A program made the position numbers and the translations under genes. Below, in pieces: positions 43,962-51,467 of a stretch of 51,467 nt of DNA. The stretch comes from a virus (Duplodnaviria; Caudoviricetes): positions 1-51,467 of the IMG/VR virus record IMGVR_UViG_3300032216_001081; one strand, 5' to 3'. The notes below the pieces were generated by a model, which did not search any database, was not told the DNA's origin, and saw only the letters and a list, made by a program, of their open reading frames with translations. Positions within the stretch are counted from its first letter, which is position 1. Each line of letters starts with the position of its first letter.

Positions 43962-45257
43962 TTATTCTTCGTCTATGATGCTGGAAGGCTCTGGCACTTC
44001 TTCGTCCGTAAACTCCATGCCTTTTTCTTGAGCTGAATGAATTTCTTTAAGAAGCTTGGCAAGCGAGTCAAACTTAACATCACACCCACCAGGCATTGCG
44101 TCTTTGTTTTCGCGCAAATGGGTTATGGCATCTTGGATTGTATCACCTATGCCGACAACCCATCCAATTTCGGATATGCCTTCGGAGTCAGGCGGCACGC
44201 AAATCTTGCCGTCAACCTTGCACGAGAACGCAATTTTTACCCATTGGTCTAATTCTTCTGGTATTTCATAAACAGACCACTCGTCTCGATGGACATTAAA
44301 AATTGCTTGTGCGCCAAATTTTGCCACTTGTTCCGGCTCAACAAGTATTCCGTTGGCTCCCCTCCACATGATTTCGCCAAGGTTGCCAACCATCTCGCAC
44401 ATCACCTGAGACGGCGGAGACGGGAATCGGCATGTCGGGTCGATGAAGAAGCTCTCGCCGCCCTTTGTGATTCGGACCTCAGTTGAGAAAGCCGAGCGAT
44501 ATCCGTAGGCGGCGAGAACTGGCGAGAAATCTTCGTTGACGCAACGGACTTCTTCCGGCACATCTTTCATGCGCTGAAACCCGCCAATGTAGGCAGAGTC
44601 TTTGCATTCCATGCCGTGAATTACAGTTTCAGGAAATTGACCGTCAATGCAGTAAGTATCAACTCCGTCTTCAATGTCAGTATCAATTGCGGAGAACACA
44701 AAGAAATTCATGTGCTCACGAAGAGGCCCAAGTATGATTCCCCACTTGTCTAGCAATCCCTCATCAACTTCCATGTTTCTGAAATGGCAGGTTTCAAAAT
44801 CACCTCTGTATGTGCTGACTTTGATATACACATCCTCGGCATCTTTTAAGAAAAGCCTTAAATTTGTAAGGCCTTTAATCTTATTAAATTCAGGAACTGG
44901 AAGGTTTGTCTTTTCAGAAAGAACTTCCAGAAACTTACCCCTGCGAGCCTCAAGCTCATCGGCGTTACGACAACCCCAAACAGCCTTGCCCATTTCGACA
45001 AGCTCCATCTGCAAATCGGAATAGCCAATATCCGTGAATACAAACAAGTCGCATTCTTTTTTTACAGATTCAATGGACTCAACCCGCGTTACCTCTGGGT
45101 ATCCATCGCAAACAATGGCGTCTTTAAGCCTGGGAAACGCAAGCTCCCAAGGAGACCAGTAATACACTTTCTTGTAATCTCTGCCCAACCTTCTGGCAAC
45201 GTGCTGAAAAACACCTGTGTCGATTACCAAAGCAATAACGTCTTTAGTGTCTATCAT
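43962..45257 (-). CDS. ATP-grasp ligase, PurD/GARS-like
   Basis: Start at ATG 45257 (ATGA overlap); ELEARRGKF..LPVPEF..VYIK and EVRIT..FIDPTCRFPSP parallel PurD ATP-grasp motifs. Confidence 0.7.
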   Translation of the reverse strand: MIDTKDVIALVIDTGVFQHVARRLGRDYKKVYYWSPWELAFPRLKDAIVCDGYPEVTRVESIESVKKECDLFVFTDIGYSDLQMELVEMGKAVWGCRNADELEARRGKFLEVLSEKTNLPVPEFNKIKGLTNLRLFLKDAEDVYIKVSTYRGDFETCHFRNMEVDEGLLDKWGIILGPLREHMNFFVFSAIDTDIEDGVDTYCIDGQFPETVIHGMECKDSAYIGGFQRMKDVPEEVRCVNEDFSPVLAAYGYRSAFSTEVRITKGGESFFIDPTCRFPSPPSQVMCEMVGNLGEIMWRGANGILVEPEQVAKFGAQAIFNVHRDEWSVYEIPEELDQWVKIAFSCKVDGKICVPPDSEGISEIGWVVGIGDTIQDAITHLRENKDAMPGGCDVKFDSLAKLLKEIHSAQEKGMEFTDEEVPEPSSIIDEE

Positions 45258-45628
45258 AAGCTGTTCACTTTTTCTTCGTAGTCTTTCCAGCAAACTCCAA
45301 GGAACGCAGCTGCAACTTTTTCAATGCCGGTTGCTATCAAATGCTCTGTTCTATAAGGACACTTAGGGTCATCGCCAGGTTCGTCGGTATTGCCTTTCTT
45401 ACGCTTTTTTTCAAACTTTATGTCAAACGCATCAACAACAGATTGTTCAATTCCGCTGTGAATGCAAAGATGCACTTCGGCAAGCTCGTGAAGCGTGACA
45501 AGAAATTCGTATTTCCAATTGTCCATTTGTGATACGGTTATAAACAACGCACCATCGTCCCAATACCAATCCCCAACAGTAGGATATCGCTGCAAGCTGT
45601 GCGGGATTTTCTTGATGAATATGTTCAT
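45254..45628 (-). CDS. Small zincin-like metalloprotein (HExxE)
   Basis: LVTLHELAE followed by PYRTEH..A..IE. Confidence 0.55.
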   Translation of the reverse strand: MNIFIKKIPHSLQRYPTVGDWYWDDGALFITVSQMDNWKYEFLVTLHELAEVHLCIHSGIEQSVVDAFDIKFEKKRKKGNTDEPGDDPKCPYRTEHLIATGIEKVAAAFLGVCWKDYEEKVNSL

Positions 45629-45631
45629 CTA

Positions 45632-47917
45632 TCAACCCTCGTTCATGGACTTCATGTTTGACCGCGTGATTTCGTGTTTTGTCGTATGGGTTTTTAAAGC
45701 CTGCTCCAGCTCGAAAGCCTTTTGCTTGCGTTGCTGTTCCATGTCGAACGACACCTGTTTTTGCGCGGTCTTTTGCGAATGAGACTCTCTGCTGTTCTGG
45801 GCCTTTGCTTTTGCAAGTATGATTTGAGACTGAGTCTTTGCAGCAACCTGCGGGTCGCCGCCCTGCTGGGCCTGCTGCTTTTTCATCTGTTCTTGCAGGC
45901 GTTGTGCAAACGCTTTGACAAGGTTCATCATCTTTGCCAGCTGCTGGTTGGCAGCGGTGACAAATTGTTTTTCTTCTGGGTCTTGAGACAGAAGCTGGAT
46001 GTGCTGCTCGACATGCTGCGCAACGTTTCCAAACCCAACAATCTTTTCTTGAGTTGTCATACCTCCGCCCTGTTCGGTCTGCTGAATCATTGCATTCAGC
46101 GATTGCAGCATCACTCCGATGTATTCCTTGTGGTTCATGCCCGTCTTGACAGCCACTGGCAAACCCTGCATGAGCGTTCCCATGGAGAGCTGTGCATCGT
46201 GCACAGAATCCGAAACCTTGAGCGGTTCGTCAGGAACCCAGCGAGCAGCTTTGTCGGCATCGCCAGTGACGTTAAACGTGATTTCGCGCAAGATTTCACG
46301 CTGCGGTTCGGGGTCGTAAAGATTGCGCATCTGGAGAAGCTGCTGAGCAATTGCGGTCTCCATTGTCTGATTGCCAGCACCCATGACGCGAGTCGGTTGG
46401 ATGTCCCAGTTTTCAGAATTAAGGATGTCCATCGGAACCCCTTTCTGAGCAACGGTAGCCCTAAATTTACGGACATCAGGGTCAGTTGAGTTTTCTTTGC
46501 AGAAGCGACGCAGGATTTCGCGATACTCAGATTCCTGATATTGGTAAGCCTGATTGAACGCGGACTGAACAAGCGCGGTAGTCTGGCTGACTTCGGCCAT
46601 GACTTGGAACTTGGTCTTGCGGTCTCCAGTAGAGCCGCCCTGCTGTTGCGTGTACGAAGACGAATTGCTATCAATGATTTGCTTGTTGTTGCTCATGCCA
46701 AGCTCAATCAACTGGGCATTGACGTTCCAGCGTTCGTTGGGCGGAACAAACTGGATTGTCTCATCAATGAATCCGCGATTAATCAAATCAAGCTTCAGCG
46801 CACGTTCAGCCTCATCAGAAGAACGCACTCGGTAATAGTTCATCAAAGCTTCGAACACAGACTCGTTGAAGCGGCAACGAATGCGATTCTGAAGGTGACA
46901 TACAGCATACACAAGGAAGCCCAAAGAGCGAACCGAGTGATAGCGGAACGGAGCAACGGAAGACAGGTCAGCAAACTGGAAACTGATTAATTCGGAAACC
47001 TTGTCAGCGTATTTACGTTTGCCAGGATTGAACAAGAATTTTCCACGGCTAAAGTCTTTGTCCTTGTTTCGAGTCGGGCGACCATCAGGAGAAGACGGGC
47101 TTGACCAAGCATCCAATATGACTCGGCGACGCCATCCAGCTTCGTTGCCGTCATCCGAATAAAAATAGAAATCAAAGCAATCAATCGTTGGCACTTGGTC
47201 GCCAGCATAGAACCCGCCGTCGCCTTTAATCCGCTCTTGCGTCTTTTCAGGAGACCAAACTTCGGGCCAGTTATTGCCCATAAGCGCAGCGGCGGAACGG
47301 TCAACAAACGCAATGCACTGGTCCACCATGTCCAAGTCCCAGCCAGCTGCTTTTGCTTTAGTCCTGTCCTGAGTTAAGCGCATTAACTCAGGCGCAGTAT
47401 AGCTTCGGTACACATAGAAGAACGGCATGTTCTCCATGGTGAGAAGAGTGTTTCCAGGAATGCCTACATCTTCGATTGCGATTGCGTCGGGGCACCATTT
47501 GTCAGCGTTGCGCCAAGCGGAAGGTCCAATTCCGTGAAGCACATCCATTGCAAACTTGCTTCGGAAAGTCTCAAAGTAAACCATTGAGCGCTTCATAATC
47601 TTGTTCATCTCCTGAGTGACAATAGATGAATAAGTGCTGCGCTTGTCTTTTCTGCCCATGTCTGTCGTAGCGGTAAAAAACTGTCCAGGTTTTAAGAAGG
47701 CTCCGTAAAATTGAGCGCGCGCATCATGCGAAAGAACAGTCCCTTCAAGGAAATTGACATTCACATTGATGTTGTTTGCCTGCGCTTCGGCTTCGTTGAA
47801 CGGCGGGAATCCGTTAAAAAGGTTGTTGATGCGCGCACGGTTCTGACCGCGCGGCCAGTCTGCCATCCGCATTTGCTGGCAAACACTATCAACCGCATCT
47901 GATTTATCGAATTCCAT
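45632..47917 (-). CDS. Portal protein
   Basis: 761 aa; upstream of scaffold and capsid; Q-rich helical C-terminal barrel typical of podovirus portals. Confidence 0.7.
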   Translation of the reverse strand: MEFDKSDAVDSVCQQMRMADWPRGQNRARINNLFNGFPPFNEAEAQANNINVNVNFLEGTVLSHDARAQFYGAFLKPGQFFTATTDMGRKDKRSTYSSIVTQEMNKIMKRSMVYFETFRSKFAMDVLHGIGPSAWRNADKWCPDAIAIEDVGIPGNTLLTMENMPFFYVYRSYTAPELMRLTQDRTKAKAAGWDLDMVDQCIAFVDRSAAALMGNNWPEVWSPEKTQERIKGDGGFYAGDQVPTIDCFDFYFYSDDGNEAGWRRRVILDAWSSPSSPDGRPTRNKDKDFSRGKFLFNPGKRKYADKVSELISFQFADLSSVAPFRYHSVRSLGFLVYAVCHLQNRIRCRFNESVFEALMNYYRVRSSDEAERALKLDLINRGFIDETIQFVPPNERWNVNAQLIELGMSNNKQIIDSNSSSYTQQQGGSTGDRKTKFQVMAEVSQTTALVQSAFNQAYQYQESEYREILRRFCKENSTDPDVRKFRATVAQKGVPMDILNSENWDIQPTRVMGAGNQTMETAIAQQLLQMRNLYDPEPQREILREITFNVTGDADKAARWVPDEPLKVSDSVHDAQLSMGTLMQGLPVAVKTGMNHKEYIGVMLQSLNAMIQQTEQGGGMTTQEKIVGFGNVAQHVEQHIQLLSQDPEEKQFVTAANQQLAKMMNLVKAFAQRLQEQMKKQQAQQGGDPQVAAKTQSQIILAKAKAQNSRESHSQKTAQKQVSFDMEQQRKQKAFELEQALKTHTTKHEITRSNMKSMNEG

Positions 47918-47926
47918 ATGATTATT

Positions 47927-48463
47927 CTATTTTTTAATTCCGTAGAAATAAAGGTCTTTTGAATGTTCGTTTGTTTCAAAAGAATATTCTGAAAATGCGG
48001 ATTTAAATCCTTCTATTTTCTCAACATCTTCTTGAGTTAAGTTTTTATAATAATCTTCAAATTCAATGTTTGAATGAGGGCTTGCCCAAGCTGAACCAGA
48101 ATTCCTTGTTCCGTGTTCTGCCCTGCCAGTTGTGGCGCAAGTAAACAAAAACATTCCGCCAGATTTTGTGAGGCTTATTGCATTGGATATGGTATCCTCG
48201 TAAAATTTGTCGTGTTCAAAACATTCAGTGCTTATAACAATATCAAACTGTTTGTCTGATTTATATTCATGCCCTTTGCAGATGACATCAACATTGTTTC
48301 CTGGGCCAATGTCCACGCCAACATAGCTATAATTAGAAAATAGGTGTCTGTTGTTTCCGTTAATATCTAGAGACCCAATGTCTAAAACTGAACAATTATC
48401 AAATCGGTCTGGGTAAGCCGATTTAATCTTTAAACAGTATTGGTACTGGTCTCCGTGAGCCAT
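47927..48463 (-). CDS. Class I SAM-dependent methyltransferase
   Basis: Start reassigned to MAHGDQ; VLDIGS, GVD, FDIVISTECFEHD, KSGG. Confidence 0.85.
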   Translation of the reverse strand: MAHGDQYQYCLKIKSAYPDRFDNCSVLDIGSLDINGNNRHLFSNYSYVGVDIGPGNNVDVICKGHEYKSDKQFDIVISTECFEHDKFYEDTISNAISLTKSGGMFLFTCATTGRAEHGTRNSGSAWASPHSNIEFEDYYKNLTQEDVEKIEGFKSAFSEYSFETNEHSKDLYFYGIKK

Positions 48464-48467
48464 AATC

Positions 48468-49079
48468 TTATTTATATCCCCATTTTTCCATGTTTGCAAT
48501 GTTTCTTTCCAGCTGGTGGTGCATTGTCCATTTAAGAGCTTCGCATTCAAGCCTGTTGGTTTGATGAACTGGAATGCGCTCTTTAATCATCATGACTTTA
48601 ATTCTGTGTTTGTTGCAATGGCCCCACATTGCCCACTCGTAAGCTGGATACCCTTCCATATCCAATCCATCAAAGACATCGCCAAACCTTGTGTCTGAAA
48701 ATATGATGTCTGTTGAAAGAGATTGCTCCTCCTCGTGACCCCACCTATTGCCAGCATACCCGCATTGGCTTTGTTCCATCTCTTTGAAAATTCTGATTAT
48801 CTGGTCTTCGTCTAACAACCATGAATCAATTCCTATTTTGATAAACCTGAATACATTATTGTGCTTAAGAGCGTAGTATCCAGCTTTTGTCAAATCCATG
48901 TCGCCTTGCTGGTGTCCCCTATTCGGAATCCACAGGTGCCTTGGAAAATCGTCTTGTTTGCCGTTATAGGCAATGCAATGAGATACTTTTATTTTTTTGT
49001 AGCCCTTTAACACAGACAGCAAAGGTTCAAGAAAGTCTTCTTTGTTGAATGCTGTAATGATAAAATTTATATGCATCAT
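48468..49079 (-). CDS. Putative GT-A fold glycosyltransferase
   Basis: FIITAFNK N-terminal strand; NRGHQQG; IGIDSWLLD; context. Confidence 0.55.
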   Translation of the reverse strand: MMHINFIITAFNKEDFLEPLLSVLKGYKKIKVSHCIAYNGKQDDFPRHLWIPNRGHQQGDMDLTKAGYYALKHNNVFRFIKIGIDSWLLDEDQIIRIFKEMEQSQCGYAGNRWGHEEEQSLSTDIIFSDTRFGDVFDGLDMEGYPAYEWAMWGHCNKHRIKVMMIKERIPVHQTNRLECEALKWTMHHQLERNIANMEKWGYK

Positions 49080-49936
49080 AAAATTATTTTTGGAGCGTTT
49101 AAAGAGTTCTGATTTTCCAAAAACATTTCCAAATCGTTTATTCTAGTGATTGTGTCAGAGTATCTTATTTGTGTAATGCAATTCCCTCTTGGCACTGAGC
49201 CGCCTCCGCCGTTTGATATGTATCCCAAATAAGGAATTTTACAGGCACCTGCAAGGTGAAGTATTGCTGTATCTGTTGTTATAAGACAGCAGGCTGGATG
49301 GTCAAACAGTCCAAGCAAATCAAATATGCACTCAGCCCTTATCTGCATCAGGTCTATAATTTCAAACTCACCCCTAAATGAATAAATTACTTTTTCAACT
49401 TCTGGCACATACCCAAAAGGACTTGAGCCTCCAGTATTCAAGCACACAAAAAGCTTTGGCTTCTTTGTCTTGAAATACATTTTTCTTAATGCCAGCTCAA
49501 CGCCAGGCCTGCGCCTGTCAAACACAACCGGCTCAAGCATTTCGGACAACGGAAATCCAGCATACTTCCATGAACTTGCCATGTAAGAAAACCACTCGTC
49601 CTTTTCAATCTTCATCCTTTTGCCGTGGATGATTAGGCTGACAGCATCGTGCCTAATTTCAGGAGGAGTAAACGTGGGGTCGTCCCACCATTTTGGAAAG
49701 ATAACATTTTCTTTTCCAAATTCTTTTTCGGCCCACTTCCTTGCTTGTCCACAATCTCCATACCAATGAAGGTCAGTGACCCATTTTCTTACATACGACA
49801 CTCCATCAAGAGTTGAAGAAAACTCTTTGCTGACCATTACAACTGGACGTTCTCCAGTCTTTTGAAATTCTTTAAGCCAACCTGGCATTAGAATTATCAA
49901 GTCTCCGTGCTTACCAAGTTGAACGTAACATTTCAT
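49076..49936 (-). CDS. GT9-like (heptosyltransferase-family) glycosyltransferase
   Basis: N-terminal LGKHGDLI and C-terminal ITTDTAILHLAGA motifs. Confidence 0.7.
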   Translation of the reverse strand: MKCYVQLGKHGDLIILMPGWLKEFQKTGERPVVMVSKEFSSTLDGVSYVRKWVTDLHWYGDCGQARKWAEKEFGKENVIFPKWWDDPTFTPPEIRHDAVSLIIHGKRMKIEKDEWFSYMASSWKYAGFPLSEMLEPVVFDRRRPGVELALRKMYFKTKKPKLFVCLNTGGSSPFGYVPEVEKVIYSFRGEFEIIDLMQIRAECIFDLLGLFDHPACCLITTDTAILHLAGACKIPYLGYISNGGGGSVPRGNCITQIRYSDTITRINDLEMFLENQNSLNAPKIIL

Positions 49937-49953
49937 TTTAAAAGAGCGCCAGC

Positions 49954-50169
49954 CTATCTTCGTCCGTTAAGGCTTCCGCTTCCATCATCCGATGGGGCGT
50001 AGTTAGTAGACCTTTCGGCTTTCCATGACAGACTGGCAAATTTCCAAGGCAGGCAAACAAGAACAACAATAGAAGCAGCAAGCCATATTGATGCGACAAT
50101 AATAAACATCATTGTCATAATGATGGCATCAATGAGCACGCTTGCTGCGTTTAGAAAAATCATTTCCAA
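49954..50169 (-). CDS. Small membrane protein
   Basis: Long hydrophobic stretch; start may be ATG 50163. Confidence 0.5.
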   Translation of the reverse strand: MEMIFLNAASVLIDAIIMTMMFIIVASIWLAASIVVLVCLPWKFASLSWKAERSTNYAPSDDGSGSLNGRR

Positions 50170-50405
50170 TCTGGGTAAACAACAAATCCGTTTCCGCTTC
50201 TATCAAGAACTTCAACGGCTGCAACTGCTGGCAGTTTTGAAATCTGTTCTCCAAGTTCAAATTTTCCAACAGCGCCATACTTGAGTATGACTTCATCAAT
50301 GTCAAAAGACTCATGGTACGTCGTAGTGCAATCGCGCCACACGCGTACGTCATAGTCTGCGGTTCTGAACTTAAGCATCTGCTCTACTACTTTATTTTTT
50401 TCCAT
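50160..50405 (-). CDS. Hypothetical protein
   Basis: ATG ORF in the late arm. Confidence 0.7.
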   Translation of the reverse strand: MEKNKVVEQMLKFRTADYDVRVWRDCTTTYHESFDIDEVILKYGAVGKFELGEQISKLPAVAAVEVLDRSGNGFVVYPDWK

Positions 50406-50530
50406 AAGATTATGTCAGGTTGATTTGATTAGCGGTACTTATCCCTGTGCAACACGGTCCGCGTCACACACATCAAATCTAGGGATGCCTGACTCACCCA
50501 GAACAATACTCCGCTGCACCATGGGATAAA

Positions 50531-51022
50531 TCATTTGTAATTATATTTATGGTTCCACTCAATGCGACGCCCGTTGCATCCGCAAACTTTTCCAAAAGTT
50601 GCCTTGTACCAGTTTTTAAAAGCTTCGCTTGTTTCGTCGCCAATCACGCGAGCAAGAGTATCTCCAACGCCGCCGTCTTTATCGTTGCTCAAAAGCTTAA
50701 GAGCCTTTGCCCACAACGGCCATTGATTGTGCGGCACAACTGATAGGTCTGGAACATCTCCAGGAGTGCGGTCATAATAATCTGTCCATTTGTTTTCCTC
50801 ACAAATTTTTGCATTGTAAGAATCAACCCATTCTCTGATTGCAGGCATTTCAGTCGGCCAACCTTTGGCGATTGCCAATTCGAGATTAGCCTGGATGATT
50901 GTGTGGACTGAATTGCAGATGGAATCAAAAGATGCGTACGGGCTTGATTTATATTTCACTTCGGGCAAGTGAAACTTCATCCCGTTCGGTATTTGTCTTT
51001 GGCGGTCTTTCAGCTTAGCCAT
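50531..51022 (-). CDS. Hypothetical protein with GVGDT...CGC..R motif
   Basis: First gene of the - strand arm. Confidence 0.75.
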   Translation of the reverse strand: MAKLKDRQRQIPNGMKFHLPEVKYKSSPYASFDSICNSVHTIIQANLELAIAKGWPTEMPAIREWVDSYNAKICEENKWTDYYDRTPGDVPDLSVVPHNQWPLWAKALKLLSNDKDGGVGDTLARVIGDETSEAFKNWYKATFGKVCGCNGRRIEWNHKYNYK

Positions 51023-51109
51023 GAACGTAAATTACCACTGCAAAATTTTTCCGCAAGTTTTATTTGCAAAATTGTTACCAAGCGTTATTATTGGTGCGTC
51101 GGTACTATT

Positions 51110-51373
51110 ATGAAATGCCAATATTGTCTCGGGACTGGTGAGCGCCAAGCGGCGTCTGTTATCGGTCTTGAGTTCAAGAAGATGAGAATGGATGCTAACA
51201 TCGGTTTGCGCGACATGGCGAAACTGATGCGGATATCTCATTCCTATCTTTGCCAGTTGGAGGGCGGCACTCGCGAGTGGCGTTTGTCGATGGTTCAGCG
51301 GTACGAGTCAATCATAGCATCTTCGTTAAACGAAGTTGCTCAAGAAGAAACACATCAAAAACCAAGCAAATAA
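51110..51373 (+). CDS. XRE-family HTH regulator with N-terminal CxxCxGxG
   Basis: Start at ATG 51110; MRMDANIGLRDMAKLMRISHSYLCQLEGG is a classic XRE HTH. Confidence 0.8.
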   Translation: MKCQYCLGTGERQAASVIGLEFKKMRMDANIGLRDMAKLMRISHSYLCQLEGGTREWRLSMVQRYESIIASSLNEVAQEETHQKPSK

Positions 51374-51467
51374 GTATATATGGAAAATCAAGAACAGCAG
51401 GAAGCACATGAAGCTCAAGACATCAACCCGCAGATTGTGCTCGTCCAGGGCATCAGTCAGCTCATCA
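51345..51467. repeat. Terminal direct repeat, right copy
   Basis: Identical to 1-123. Confidence 0.95.

Noticed and set aside
43962-45257. Calling the ATP-grasp gene purD
   Set aside because: Only fold-level motifs match; it sits in the head module with no other pur genes, so no symbol was assigned
51345-51467. Biological direct terminal repeat or gene duplication
   Set aside because: Exact 123-bp overlap cutting through coding sequence; more likely an assembly circularisation artefact

Overview
This window looks like a complete, circularly assembled dsDNA tailed-phage genome of about 51.3 kb: bases 1-123 recur exactly at 51345-51467. It is probably podovirus-like, and no integrase, DNA polymerase or tRNA was recognised. 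The + strand arm (51110 through the join to 15470) holds an XRE-HTH regulator, an SSB-like gene, small early genes, a 3D-domain muralytic protein, RecT, a DUF2800-like nuclease, a ParB-like protein, an SF2 helicase and a Toprim primase. It also carries a full ubiquitin-like conjugation cassette: Ubl, E2-like, unknown, ThiF/E1, unknown, JAB (PRTRC-like), with catalytic motifs intact and a Ubl ending in Ala rather than Gly. The - strand arm (51022 down to 15454) holds glycosyl/methyltransferases, portal, a metalloprotease-like plus ATP-grasp pair, scaffold, capsid, holin/spanin-like genes, an apparently split nozzle gene with FN3 domains, adaptor and ejection proteins including a 3105-aa polyvalent protein. 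TerL sits inverted inside this arm. The most notable signals are the Ubl system, four structural-region proteins with Sec-type signal peptides, the portal-flanking modification enzymes, a thrice-repeated TTGACA-N13-GTAATAY promoter, and several densely base-paired intergenic segments. All protein calls come from motifs read by eye and gene order, not from database searches.
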